64,000 nt of DNA from Carcharhinus longimanus (GCA_030264375.1 JASCQW010000027.1:82750173-82814172); one strand, 5' to 3'; positions 1 to 13,104 are shown, numbered from the stretch's first letter. A program made the numbers and translations. Notes: generated from the letters alone by a model not told the origin.

Positions 1-3
1 AGA

Positions 4-40
4 ATGGGCGTTGAAATCGAGACAATATCTCCAGGAGACG
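4..40 (+). CDS. FKBP1B: FKBP1B (FKBP12.6, peptidyl-prolyl cis-trans isomerase) coding exon 1
   Basis: ATG GGC GTT GAA ATC GAG ACA ATA TCT CCA GGA GAC G = MGVEIETISPGD(G), followed by donor GTAATT. 37 nt, phase 1, as in vertebrate FKBP1 genes. The promoter and 5' UTR lie outside the window. Confidence 0.97.
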
Positions 41-634
41 GTAATTCTGCAACTCGAAAGGGCATTTATTTGTGCTTTAACTGGGCTTTGCATTGTGGCA
101 AGCAGCCTTGTCTCAGTAGTCTAGACAAATTTGGTAGCAATGCAGTGTGTGTGGATTTTTAAATGGCATTTGCTGACAGCTGCGTAAAGACTAGTACTGT
201 ACTATAATGGAGAGATAACGACTGTGCGATTTCACTCTGTCTGGATTTTCATTAGTAACGTTGTTGCCCCTGTAAGTATCCGTTCTGAAGGGAAATGGTT
301 AGGCGTGTTCACATTTTACTGATTCTACAAAGCCTGTGCCTGAAAAAGACATTTGAACTTTAGTTCCGGCAGCAGAAACCAAAATCCTCCAAAGGCTTAA
401 AGCCTGAAGCTAAGCACTCGTTGTGAATTACTCTCAAAATGTAAAACCATAGATCTAATGTAAAAGGCAGTCTAAATTTTGAGCAACTAATCTGACACCA
501 TTTTTCTTTTGAAAGTTAACGTGGTTTTGTGCAGTCCTCAAACCATTATAGCATCTAGTTGTCCCACCTATTACAAAGAAATGTGGTATACTCGTAAACA
601 TCAGATGCATTAATTTAATGTCTTTTTGTTTTAG

Positions 635-682
635 GCAGGACATTTCCAAAGAAAGGACAGACATGTGTTGTTCACTATATAG
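635..682 (+). CDS. FKBP1B: FKBP1B coding exon 2
   Basis: Acceptor tctttttgttttag. 48 nt encoding (G)RTFPKKGQTCVVHYI(G). Donor GTAATG. Phases match exons 1 and 3. Confidence 0.97.
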   Translation, partial: AGHFQRKDRHVLFTI

Positions 683-2349
683 GTAATGTATACAATGAAT
701 CATACATTTTCAGTTTGATTAAAAAAAAGAATGTCACCAGTGGGAGGTAATGGGCATTGCAGCTTTCTGAAGGTAGTGTCTATGGTGGTGATTTCGGAAT
801 CTATTTCAGTATAGAATACAGTAGTGGGGCCTTGAATTTACAGTTGCTCCCACACACACAGTTCTTGATTTTGACTATGCCACCATGGCAGAATGCTGAG
901 AGGCGGCCAGGTGCGTTCTCTCAGGGAAGAAGGGCAGATTGTGGGAAGAGTTGCTCTCAGCTGCTCTTGTGTACCTCTTGGCTGCTGATCTTAGAATGGC
1001 TGGCATAGTCCCAGGAGCAGTTCACTCATCCAGTCGGAGATAGTGCATGGCATGAGGCAATGCAACAAAGGAGAAAATAATGCCTGAAGGGAGAGCGAGT
1101 CTTGTTAAATATGTACAGGCAACATAACTGAGCAAACTATTAATGCCACAGGTATTGAATTTTGCTGTGTGAAAGTGTTGTGTATAATTCAAATTCTATG
1201 CATCTTAATGCAACTGTGGTGATAAGCAGAACTCAATGTCTCGAGGTAAAATAGGTTACCAATTGGTGTGACTTTTTAAAAAAAATACATAATCTGTGAA
1301 CGTTAACTGCTACAGTGCTGTTTCTTTTCTGTCATTCATAACGTGTAACTTTGTAAAAGTCAACCTGAATTAAATAGATGATAAATATACAAAATGTAAG
1401 CATAGACTGCTACATTGCTGTTTCCTTTGTGTTGCATAACCAAAATTTTGAGCTTAAAGTAATAGTTCATAGAACAAATACATATGCAACATGATATAAA
1501 ATTGAAGTGATTACTTCCTAATGATCCAGCATACAGTAATTCAGCACTGAAGTATCTATAACACTATTGCAGCAGTTTTACAACAGCCATAGTGGTTCAC
1601 GGAACAATATACAATAGTTTGATCTAATTCTTGATGTAATGCAAAGCTTTTCTATGTTGGCTAAGTATATTAACCAATGAGATCTTTCTAGCATGTTTTA
1701 GCGTTCCATAAATAACCTTGGAAGTGTTTTCATTCATTTTGGAAAGATAGTCTCATCAGGTAAGCTACTGCTTTCCAATGAGCTGTAAAATTAATGATTG
1801 CAGTCTCGTCTGGCTCACTTCTTTCTCCACTCTGTTTTGTCATCTGATCTTAAATCTTAGAAAATTTCAGTCAAACGTCACTTCCCTTTATCAAGTTCCT
1901 TTTCTATAAAATTGAAAGATGGACATTAAATGAAAGAACAACACAACTCTGAACCTCCCATAGAGTGTCAGAAGAATTTCCCAGCATCTCGTGTTGTACA
2001 CAAATCTCCAGTCAGGTTAGCTCCACGATGACAGCTCATGATTGGTGATTTGAACGAACTTGTTTCTCTCAAGTTTTGGTAATCTGTTACCTGGGCCAAG
2101 CAGATCTGACATATTCTAGTCTAATTCATTTCTGGGATCTGAGTGGGATTGTTACTAGATGTTGGCAGTCTCGTAAACTAACACTGGGTTAGTTGTACAA
2201 TTTTAGCTGGTTAAAATTGAGTTGTACCCCTGTGCACTTGCCCAATTCCTGCCGTGCTCTTGCTAAACTGGGCTTAAAATCTCTAATGAGAATTAGTATT
2301 GGTTTATTAACTTGTTTCTCGTGTAGTTGAATGAGGGAGAAAAGTTGGT

Positions 2350-2510
2350 CAGCTACCCTCAGAACATCTTGAATAGTGCCACAGGATCTTTATTTCTACC
2401 CAAATGAGCAGACAAGTACCTAGGTTTAACACGGGTCATCCAAAAGATACCATTTCTGGTATCGTGACACTACTTAGATGTTGTGATGACATTTTGTGCT
2501 AAAGTCCTTT
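2350..2510 (-). mobile_element. Deu-domain SINE remnant (SacSINE1/AmnSINE-like)
   Basis: aatagtgccacaggatctt...ggtttaac...catccaaaaga resembles the reverse complement of the Deu conserved domain. Strongly diverged. Confidence 0.55.
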
Positions 2511-2584
2511 CATCTGTCAACACTGGAGTAAATTGGCAGCATTTCTGGCAACATCTCTGGAAAAGTCACAGACGTGAAATGTTG

Positions 2585-2837
2585 AGCAGAATTCTCCCAA
2601 AAAAATTCTAAGTGAATTTCTTGGAAAACTGGAGCAATTCAAGTTTTTATTTCAGTGGGAGTTCAGGTTAGAATCTCTCCCTCTCTGTGCATTGCAGATG
2701 CCATCAGCATGAATATAATTAGATTTCAGGGGCGGGGCCGATTCCCACCTGGGAGGCTGAAACCAGCATGCGTAGTGCCCCCTGAACTGTCAGCCTTCCA
2801 TTTGCTGGCCAGCTCAATTGCTGGTCAGCCCTGCCAT
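2585..2837. mobile_element. Non-autonomous DNA transposon (Harbinger-like MITE), same family as 38690-39140
   Basis: Begins gagcagaattctcccaaaaaaattctaagtg and shares tttcagtggga, gaatctc and gctcaattgctgg.cagccc with the copy at 38690. Runs into an N gap. Confidence 0.6.
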
Positions 2838-2937
2838 NNNNNNNNNNNNNNNNNNNNNNNNNNNNNNNNNNNNNNNNNNNNNNNNNNNNNNNNNNNNNNN
2901 NNNNNNNNNNNNNNNNNNNNNNNNNNNNNNNNNNNNN
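2838..2937. other. Assembly gap (100 N). Other gaps: 8766-8804, 15022-15121, 25164-25263, 43001-43100, 57620-57659
   Basis: Runs of n in the sequence, mostly within or next to repeats. Confidence 0.99.
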
Positions 2938-3837
2938 GGGGGGGGGGGGCGGGGGCGGGGTGAAAGAATGGGCAGCCAAGCATCCCTGTGAGGATAGGCT
3001 CCAATTTAATGAAGAGTAAAGTTCGTTCTGCACTGCTCCAATTTTAAGTGAACACCACATATTTTACAAGCAAGTTTAATAATTTTCCATTTCTTATGAA
3101 AAAGAATCATATGACTGCTGTGAAATTGACTTTCGGTTCTAAATTGTGGTGGGGGGGGAGATGTTGTTAGGCCCATTCTAACTATTTTGAGCCAAAGTCA
3201 TTACACATAGTATGTTTACACCATATACTTTAATACACTCATGGAGACATCTTTCACTCCATCAGAGTGGATTGGATTTGAAGAGCATTTTTAGGATTGA
3301 AAGATCAATGCATTAACTTACTGCACCACTTAATACTCCTGATTGTCTCATCTTATTGTGCAAGTAAAATGTTTGCACTTTGTATCTCAAGAAAAAAATC
3401 AATGTGCCCTGGAATATGTCACGTTCAATGGTGACGTTTCAAACAGGATTTTCTGAAGGCCAAGATGAACACTTCAGCCTTTTTTTTGGTGTCATTGTTC
3501 ATTCAAGTAATTGAATGTCTAACTAAATGGGTAATTGTGTTTGAATACAAACTGGTGAAAATACAAATCATTTTCTACTTCCCATGTGGCAAATCATGAA
3601 AGAAACAGCTGAAATAGTATGTATCGCGCTGTAATCTAATATTTCAGAAATGTCCTTCTGATCACAGGAAAGAGCTCAGCCGGGGTGATTGAGGTTAGCT
3701 TTTTCAGAATGCTGTGCTCCTTGAAGTAAAGGTCGGCTCAACACGGCATGAATCTGCAGCAAGCCTGGATCAAATGTTAACTGCTAAAAAAATTATCTGC
3801 ACCCCATTTTTCAGTGTGAGTCAAGCCCATTCCCATT

Positions 3838-4066
3838 GATGTGGAGATGCCGGAGTTGGACTAGGGTAAACACAGTAAGAAGCCTCACAACACCAGGTTA
3901 AAGTCCAACAGGTTTATTTGGTAGCAAAAGCCACTAACTTTAGGAGCGCTTGCTGTTCCTTCATCAGGTGAGTGGGAGTTCTAACTCCCAAGTGCAGTAA
4001 GCACTCTGAAAGCTTTTGCTATCGAATAAACCTGTTGGACTTTAACCTGGTGTTATGAGACTTACT
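3838..4066. mobile_element. Fold-back (inverted) Penelope-like terminal-repeat element
   Basis: Arms 3874-3980 and 3983-4066 are reverse complements, including a perfect 30-bp aacaccaggttaaagtccaacaggtttatt. The minus strand carries a CTGATGA hammerhead-like core. Confidence 0.7.
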
Positions 4067-4101
4067 AAAAAATTGGCACAGCAGGATAAGAGAATTGTGA
4101 C

Positions 4102-4190
4102 TGTTAACCCTGTTTCTCTCTTCACAGATCCTGTCAGAGCTGCTGAGTATTTCCAGCATTTCCTGTTTTTGTTTCAAATTCCCAGCATGC
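4102..4190 (+). mobile_element. Penelope-related short repeat (family B) fragment
   Basis: gttaaccctgtttctctcttcacagatcctgtcagagctgctgagtatttccagcatttcctgttttt, shared with copies at about 13.1, 16.2, 19.2, 25.0, 40.4, 48.7 and 50.1 kb. Confidence 0.6.
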
Positions 4191-5146
4191 ACAATATTAT
4201 GGTTTTGTACGGCTTAAATTGGTCATATTGCACATTTGTCTTTTGTTTCTTCTTGTTGCTTTCCGCTGTGGGGTGTTGTCAGTCTTCTACACAAGGAGTA
4301 GTTCTGAAATTTTTGTGGCTGTGGTGTGTGAGCAGCTAATGACAGCAGGACCTTGGACCAAATGCTTCTTGGGATTGATTGGATAGCTTCCTCGCTTTGT
4401 TCAAGTCTCAGTTGAGTAATAGCCATGTGGGACTGAGAGTTCCAGTAAATGTAGAAGCTTTGGACTGAGTGGTGAGAAATAAAATTGATGAGGAAAAACA
4501 GTAACAAAACTTTTTGATCTCTTCGCCGTTGACTCTTATCTTTATAGCTCAAAGCAATTCTTCTACTTGTCACGTATGACAATGCTCTTCTGTATCATTA
4601 AATCATTTCATCTGATGCCCGTTCTGCATTCTTAAAATCTACTAAATGGTTCTGGAAGTTATTCAAGCCTTCTTAAAGCTTAAGTTTCTCTGGCAAATTT
4701 AGTGGTCATGATGTGGGTATGTTTCAGTGGAAAAATTGTATAATAGTGAGTTGTAGAGATAAGAAATGTTTCCATATTTTAATCCAGGACTCTTGCAGTA
4801 GCAGATCTTGGCCAGAGCAGCTTTGGAAGCACTACAACTGTTTTTAATTGATTGCAACATCATCTACTACTGGACAATTTTTCTGCAGTCAGTTGCACTC
4901 CTCAGAGTAATGGTCAGAACTTTACTGAGTAATGACAGCAAAGACTTTTTTCCTTTGACTATTTCCTATCACAGGAACTTCCCCCTGCACTAGCCATCGG
5001 CATACACTGAGCCAGTGTAGTATGACATATTTCTTGCAGTACAATATAAAATAACGTAGCCATCCTGACACGTTGACTAGACTCAGCATCAATTTGCAAG
5101 CCACCTGAATCGAGATGCCATTGGAGAATTCGGAAAATAGAAACCA

Positions 5147-5273
5147 GGGCAGAATTTTTCCATCCTGCTTGCCACAGGAATCGTTGCAGGTGGGGGCAGG
5201 CCATGCAAAAGGTCCGTTGCCCTCAGGTGGGAATTTCTGGTCTTGGGGGTGAGCACAGCTGGAAATTCCTGCC
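5147..5273. mobile_element. Harbinger-like MITE
   Basis: Terminal inverted repeats gggcagaatttttcc / ggaaattcctgcc around a short GC-rich interior. Confidence 0.55.
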
Positions 5274-6138
5274 ACAGGTCTTTTGTCATATGGAGAAGAC
5301 TGAACCTGCCTTGCAAAACAGTGTGCACCTGGCTTAAAGGCACATGGTGGCATGCATTACAGAGAGGATTGTTTGCCATTACTTGCTGAAAGCCAACATT
5401 CTAATGTAAAAATCTTCTGGCCTCTGTGCCCTGGGCTAAGAAGAGAAAAATTTAACCAGAGATTTAATTATCTTTGTCTGGCATCTGCTAAGAAGAGTAT
5501 ACGGGTAGACCAAAGCTCAGCTGTGATTGCTCCACAGTTAAGTAGTATATCTAAGATTACACCTATGGAACGGACATCTCATGACTAAATTATGTTTTAT
5601 TGCTCCTTATTTTTAGTTTAATTGATTCACTGAGGTAGCAGGGGTCAGACATTAATATTGAAAAATATGCTGTAAAGGATCGCTTATGAATTCCAGCCTT
5701 TATTGGTTGCATAATTTAGAACACACTATATAGTGTATATATATGCTTATTCTGGGTTTTTTTGAATAACATTGTTTTTGAAATAATGGCCAACATTTTC
5801 CAAAGCGAAATAAACCAAGTGCAGCAATGAGACCAAATTATATTGCACTCCAATTTCCTTTTCTCTAAAGGGAACCTATCTTCCTGCCTTACCTCATTGT
5901 TTCAGACACCATCTAAGTTAAATTCCTTGTGCACAATTTATAAGAATCTGAATTAGTGCAAAATGACAAAGTGCATCAATACATGGGGCTCCAGTACTTG
6001 TTCTGGTTTTAGGTTGTTGAGACTCAAATTGCAGTGATCTGGAATCAAGTACATAATAGTTGCTAATGTAGTTAATGCTATAACCTTGCACACTTAATGG
6101 CAGATGCTCGCTCATAACTAACAGTCGTACATGGCACT

Positions 6139-6541
6139 ATAAGATAAATGAGCAAAATTAGGCCATTCAGCCCATCGAGTCTGCTCTGCCATTTGATTAT
6201 GACTGATATATTTCTCAACCCCATTCTCTCGCCTTTTTCCTGTAACCTTTGATCCAATCAAGAAACTATCAATCTCAGTCTTAAATACACTCAATGACTT
6301 GGCCTCCACAGCCTTCTGTGGCAATGAATTCCACAGATTCACTACCCTCTGGCTGAACAAATTCCTCTTTATCCCAGTTCTAAAGATAATCTCTTTTACT
6401 ATGAGACTGCACCCTCGGATCCTTATCTCTTCAACTAATGGAAATATTTTCCCCATGTCTACTCTATCCAGGCCTTTCAGTATTCTGTAAGTTTCAATGA
6501 AATCTCCCCTCATCCTTCTAAACTCCATCGAGTACAGACTC
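6139..6541 (-). mobile_element. CR1-clade LINE 3' end
   Basis: ORF 6118-6543 encodes LYSMEFRRMRGDFIETYRILKGLD...FSQRVVNLWNSLP, the typical CR1 ORF2 C-terminus. Confidence 0.9.
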
Positions 6542-6544
6542 AAA

Positions 6545-7937
6545 TGAGTGTTTTTTTAGTTGGCGATCAGTGACTAGTGTGCCTCAATGATCAATGTTGG
6601 AACCATAATTGTTTACGATTTACATAGATGTTTTGGAGTTGCGGACCAAGTGTAGTGTGTCAAAATTCGCAGATGACACTAAGATGAGTGGCAGAGCAAA
6701 GTGTGCGGAGGACGCTGAAAGCCCGCAAAGAGATATAGATAGTTTAAGTGAGTGGGCAAGGGTCTGGTAGATGGAGTACAATGTTGGTAAATGTGAGGTC
6801 ATCCATTTTGGGGAATAACAGCGAAATAAATGGAAAAAAATTACAGCATGCTGCTCTGCAGAGGAACCTGGGCGTCCTTGTGCATGAATCACAAAAAGTT
6901 GGTTTGCAGGTGCAGCAGGTAATTACAAAGGCAAATGGAATTTTGTCCTTCATTGCTAGAGGGATGGAGTTTAAAAACAGGGAGGTTATGTTGCAGCTGT
7001 ATAAGGCACTGGTGAGGCCACGCCTGGAGTACTATGCACATTTTTGGTTTCCTTACTTGAGAATGGGTGTATTGGCACTGGAGGGGGTGCAGAGGAGATT
7101 GACTAGGTTGATTCTGGAGCTGAGGGAGTTGGCTTATGAGGAGAGACTGAGTAGACTGGGGCTAAATTCATTGGAATTCAGAAGAATGAGGGGAAATCGT
7201 ATTGAAACTATAAAATAATTATAGTTTCAGATCAGCTAGATAGTCAATATCTTTTCCCAAAAGTAGGGGAGTCTAAAACTAGAGGGCATAGGTTTAAGGT
7301 GGGAGGGAAGAGATACAAAGGTGTCCGGAGGGGCAATTTTTTCACACAGGGAATGGTGAGTGTCTGGAACAAGCTGCCAGAGGTATTAGTTGAGGTGGGT
7401 ACAATGTTATCTTTTAAAAAGCATTTAGATAGTTACATGGGTAAGATGGGTACAGAGGGATTTAGGCCCAATGCAGGCAATTGGGATTAGCTTAGGGGTT
7501 TCAAAAAAAGGGAAGCATTGACAAGTTGGGCTGAAGGGCCTGTTTCCATGCTGTAAACCTCTATGAATCCATGAAACATGTAAGATTATGAAGGGAATAG
7601 ATAAGATAGAAGCAGGGAAGTTATTTCCACTGGCAGGTGAAACTAGAACTAGGGCGCGTGGCCTCAAAGTAAGGGGGAGCAGATTTAGGACTTGAGTTGA
7701 AGAGGAAATTCTCCACATAAAAGGTTGTTAATCTACGGAATTCAGTTGAGGCTACTTCATTGAATGTTTTTAAGGCAAGGATAGATAAATTTTTGAACAG
7801 TAAAGGAATTAAGGGCTATGGTGAGTGGGTAGGTAAGTGGAGCTGAGTCCATTGAAAAGATCAGCCATGACCTTATTGAATGGTGGAGCAGGTTTGAGGG
7901 GCCAGATGGCCTACTCCTGTTCCTAGTTCTTATGTTC
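6545..7937 (+). mobile_element. CR1-clade LINE RT and 3' end, with a second CR1 3' fragment nested at about 7215-7572
   Basis: SKFADDTK RT motif near 6660. ORF 6748-7218 has YKALVRPRLEY...LEGVQRRLTR...EFRRMRG. Two separate 3' tails occur (ctctatgaatccatga and cctagttcttatgttc). Confidence 0.9.
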
Positions 7938-8042
7938 AAAGTTCTCAAACGTTCCTCATACATCAAGCCTTTCATTCCCGGGATCGTTCTTTTGAATCTC
8001 TTCTGGACCCGCTCCAAGACCAACATATCCTTCCTTAGATAC
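7938..8042 (-). mobile_element. CR1 LINE fragment
   Basis: Minus strand encodes YLRKDMLVLERVQKRFKRTIPGMKGLMYEERLRTL. Confidence 0.8.
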
Positions 8043-8253
8043 ACTGCAGTAAAAAAGCAGCAGGAGCAATAACACCATCCTTCACCTCTTGCTCATATAA
8101 GGTAAAATAGGAAATATGGAAAATGTTACTGTGAATCTTATAAAAAATTCCTTACTTTTGAACAAAAACTGAACATAAAGAGTACCTGTACCTATTGGAG
8201 TATGTATAAAAGAGTGATTTCCTATTTCAGTGTAATGTCAATTTTTAAATTAA

Positions 8254-8620
8254 CTCATTTATGGATGCAGGCATCTCTGGAATGGTAAATATTTATTACC
8301 CACCGTTAATTCCCGTTGAGAAGGTGGGGTGATGAGCTGCCTCTTTAATACAACTGAATGGCTTGCTGGCCCATTTCAGTTGTTAACTACATTGGTGTGA
8401 AACTGGGGTCCCATAGGCCAGACTGAGTTAAGGATTAAGGAGGCAGCTTTCCTTCCCTAAAGTACCAGGTGCATTTTTACCGAAACTGGTGGTTTCCTGG
8501 TCACCGTTACTGATGCTAGAATTTTATTTTAACTAATTGAATTTAAGTTTCCCAGCTACCATGGGGATTTGAGCTCTTGCCTCAAAGTCCAGGCTTCTGG
8601 ATAACTAGTTCAGTGACATA
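8254..8620 (-). mobile_element. tRNA-derived SINE, same family as 31753-32113 and 32884-33246
   Basis: Reverse complement shares the ctggcct..atgtgactccag block, the gaatttaaatt block and the gggcaataaat 3' tail with those copies. Confidence 0.6.
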
Positions 8621-11600
8621 ATCCTTAAATACAATTGTTATACAACTCTTATTGAAAATTTCCATAAAACTTTCAGGCAAAGCAGGAATGCAAATTTTTG
8701 TAATAACTTCCCAAATGTGGAAGCACAGGTTCTGGTACCACATTGCTGGTTGCAATCTTGTGCCTNNNNNNNNNNNNNNNNNNNNNNNNNNNNNNNNNNN
8801 NNNNGACTTTCAGCAGGATTCAATGGATAGTAATTGCGAATGGCACATCCAATGATTCTACCTCTCCCAAGGGGTCCTGTGTAGTATCCTAAATACATCC
8901 TAAAGCTGTGCTCAAGATAGCAAACCTCTGGTAGACTTGGGATCAAAGTTGTGACTTTTTATTCTGCATGTCGTCTTGTTTCATCGAAGAGTACTTTTAT
9001 CCACGTGACCATCTGGCTGCTGCCTTTTGATATGCTTGTACATAAAGTACATTTTGATATGCTTCTCTTTAAAGATTTTTTTTCTCACTTTGGATTCAAA
9101 AAGTTTGCTTCGTTCTCTGCCTGAGTAGAATTGAAAATAGTAAAAATTAACCATTCCCTGCTGTAATACTTTAATAGTTTATCAGACTTCGGCGTGCAGT
9201 ATGCAATTCATAAAGAGGAATCTTTGGTAGTCATCCAGATATGCGCCTGACCTTGGGTTAGAATCCTAGAGTAATTCCGTACATAACTTTGATCTCAATC
9301 ACTTTTTGGATTTTTAACCGCTTGATCGTTGACTTTCTGTCATCAGATTCTAGCTTCCTTTTGAAATGGAGATATTGGGAATTGTAAATGTACCTACGTA
9401 CACATCTTGATCAAAACTTTTCTGTGGTCAGTAATGCTTCTAACTGACAAGTTAAGCAGTTGTTCATCTAATTTGATCATTTGTGTTCAGTTGTCGTCAC
9501 CCTCCATAAATTCTAATTGTTACTTCGAAACGTTTTATTGGATAGTTAACAAACTTAATCAGTGATTTTTCTATTGTAAGAATGGTTCCATAATAGAACT
9601 CTTGAATCAATCCCTTCATCTATAAGCAATAAAGGCCCACATCTAATTTTCAATTGTAGCAGTTTTCACAATCTTTTAAAAGCTGTTTCCGCTCTTTCAG
9701 ATTTTCAACCTATTACTAAAGCAGGTATAATGGAAATTTGCTTGTAAATGCCAATCCATTGAAAGCATATGGGTTAATGCTTATTATGAAATTTTCCCTT
9801 GTGACTATTTAAATGCAGTCATTAACCCGAATAAAATAAATGGTCCCATTTTTGCATAAAGGAAATATAAAGTGAACATGTTAAATAGTAAGCTCCCACA
9901 ATAATTACATTCAACCAAGTCACATCGTTTAGTTTGAAAATGAACCCTTTATCAGATTTAGTGACTTCAGCCATTCATTTGCAGTTGTCTTTTGAAAATG
10001 GTGCAAAAGGGGAATGAATGCTATTAACCCCAAGACTGTTAGCAGGAGGAAGGAAATGACTTGCATTGGAATACCTGGGTTTGCATTTTTTTTTGCAGCT
10101 CACCCACTGTTTTACGTCAAGATTGAATCTTAGTAAAATAAAACCAATTACTTTTATGGCAGTTCCTTGGGAACATTCAAGAATTCATACTGTAAGGGTA
10201 CATTAGTCCAGCAGTACAACATGCTGTGAAGTTTCATTGTCTTTCACAGTTCTCAGCATAAGGTTTATGCTTAGTTTAGTATTTGGGAAGATGTGAAGAA
10301 TGTGTATTTATTATGTGGTGAGGATAATTTTCCTTATTGCAAGTATAAGAACCATTTATTTTCAAATAACTAGAATTTAATTGTAGATGGGTATTGTAGA
10401 AGGTGGTCTTTGAGATATGTTCAACAGCTCAAGTTAGAATTTTTATTTTGTTGCAATATACATTGTGATTCAGCTTCCATTGTTTTGTGAGGCAAGCCCG
10501 TGTGCCTACAGAAGCTGCTGTTTGCTAATGTAATTAGGCAAAATTGGTTTCTTCCAGTATCATTAATTTTACGTCTGATATAATGTGAGAACCAAACACT
10601 GAACAATATGTTGCATCTTAACTTGGAGCAGCGTAGGCCATATTTCTCACTGTGTAAACGAAATCTGTTCACTTTCATAATTTCCCTTGCTGTGTCAATC
10701 CCCTGAAGTGATTTCTTCCCGTTTGATAAATACTGATACGCAAGTAATAAATATCCAAGCAAAACAAGTTTTGTAAGGTGTTTGTTAATGCCGGTAATGT
10801 GTTGATTTTTGTTTTTGCGTCAAGACAGTTTGTCCTTTCCACAAACGACTCTTGCAAACAACGCGCGTCTTGCCAGACCTGACAACAGTTTTCAAACAGA
10901 GGTTCAGCTTTGAGGTATTCTTCTTGGGTGTAAGAGTGAGGCGGAAAAATATTAAACCATCTTTATAAACCAATTTAAAGCAGTGGACATTTAGTTCAAT
11001 GGTTTATCTTCAAACGTAAAGTCTTCAAATCCTCCAAAAGCAATCTAAACCCCAAGGAAGCAGACTACACATTTCTAATAGTTTTTCAGTGCCAGAAAGG
11101 TTAACTGGAAATTATTAACACTTTTAATCTCACATTTAGAGAGTGCTTAGATTGAAATGAACAAGACTTAATTTCTTTGGTGAATTTAGATTGTATTTAA
11201 CTTGCAAAATGCTTCTATGGTAAAGCTGACAATGAGATGACAATAAGTGTAAAGCTAATGGTAGAATGGTGCATCTCTGCCACCAATTTACGGATTTCCG
11301 CATTTAAACGTGCGTCTTCCCTCCCCTGAAGTTTCTGTAGAATTTACACAACTAACAAGAGTCCCTCGAGTTGCTCTTGCTTTGACAGCAAATAATAATC
11401 AGAATATATAAATCATCAATATGTTCTGCAATACAGTGTAGAAAGGCACTGACTATCATATTTGTGCATTTCAAGTAATGTCGTGTAATCATGTTCCATG
11501 GCTCGACTGTATTGTCCCTTGCATCGCATTTTTGCTGTATATTTAGCTTGACAGCAATAAGAAATGCAATAACTGTGCTTTATTTGTAAAATATGTTTTT

Positions 11601-12025
11601 GCTTCTTAAATCAGGAACAGGTAGTAGAACGTGCAAAACAAGTGCTTACACATTCATGGAGTGCAGTTTTAATCTGTGACATTTTGCTTCATGCTCAAGG
11701 TCCTTCCAAAGTTTCAATTACTTTCTCACTCATTTTGGCAGCGTAGCCATACTTACTTCAAAGCAACTGTATTCATTTCTACTGATCATAAGGACTAATA
11801 CTATCACTAGTTGTGGATTTTATACATCACACAATTACATTTTTGTTTACTTACACATCATCTAGCAACTAAACCAATTGTGGATTATTGGAGAATTGCT
11901 GATAAGCTGCTACCTCTTTCCAAGATCTGCAAAGTTATACCCATCAGGATCTCAATTTGTGGAAAGGAGAATGCTGTGAGCTGACCTAATAGAGGTCTTT
12001 AAAATTAGGAAATGTTTTGATAAAG

Positions 12026-12558
12026 TGGACAGAATGCCAAATTTTCATTGGGCTGAGGAGGTGGAGCTGGAGGCAGATGTGTTGACATTTCTTGCTGCTG
12101 GCATGTTCCTACTTCTATCATATTTTCATGGAGGCTACGTTAGGTTGGGGTGCAGGGGGTGGAGGGGAATGGTGGTTACCAGTCCGCCGGAGGTGAGTCA
12201 CCAGTTCCTGGGGGTGAGTTGCCCCTCTGCAACAATGGCCACTTTTTTTATTTCAAAATACCTAACGTCTTCAAAGGCTGCCTCCATCTTGAAATGCCTG
12301 TTCACATGCCTACCTGTATTGACAAAGCCCACCTCTCCTGATGGGGCTGCTGGCGGCATTGAGCCTTCAGTGTTCTGATTAGCTATCCTGTTATGGAGAC
12401 CTCCCTGCCATCCTGTTAATTGGACAAGCCGACTGGGGGTGACCTTTTCAGTGACTCCGTCAAATATCCTTTGAGGTCCCATGGCCAGCATTTCCAAGTT
12501 CCAGACCTGCATTTTATCCCGGTGGCAAAATCAGGATGTGGAACTGAAAATCCAGCCC
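12026..12558. mobile_element. GC-rich non-autonomous DNA transposon (Harbinger-like) inserted in a CR1 remnant
   Basis: GC-rich block ending tgaaaatccagccc, flanked on both sides by decayed CR1 3' sequence (gacctaatagaggtctttaaaatt upstream, ggaattagacaattatttga downstream). Confidence 0.5.
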
Positions 12559-13104
12559 AAAGCCTTATCCCTCACGGGCAAGGGCAAAATCAGAGACTAG
12601 AGCCTTTAGTACAGGATGGTCACTAAGAGATCCATTAGGAAATTCAGACTCCTTTCTTCAGAAAGTGGAACTCTCTGTTCTGAATATTTTCAGTGAGTTA
12701 TTATGAGAAAATAATCTTTCATGTGGCAAGTCGTTGGGGTCAGGAATGCACTGCCTGAGAATGTGATGAAGGCAGGTTCCACTGAGGTATTCATGAGGGA
12801 ATTAGACAATTATTTGAAAAGAAACAATATGCAGCGTTTTGGGTAAATGTAGAAGGAAGGCACAAGGTGGAATGTTTATTTGAAATGAAAAGAGCCATTA
12901 CAGACATAATTGGCTGAATGACTGTCTCCTGCACTAACAATTCTGGAACTTTAGTAGTTGGAACAAATAATGTAGATGTGTTTAAGTGGAAACTAGATAA
13001 GCAGATAAGAAAGAAGCAGTAATGTCAACACCACCAATTTATCAGTGGACTAACGTCTTAAAAGAATTGATATAAAAGCTGAGTTTTTCAAAAATGAACA
13101 AATA

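Noticed and set aside
2655-2963. ORF starting MGVQVRISPS, resembling the FKBP1A N-terminus
   Set aside because: It starts at GTG inside a MITE that is repeated at 38690 and has no further FKBP similarity, so it is coincidental.
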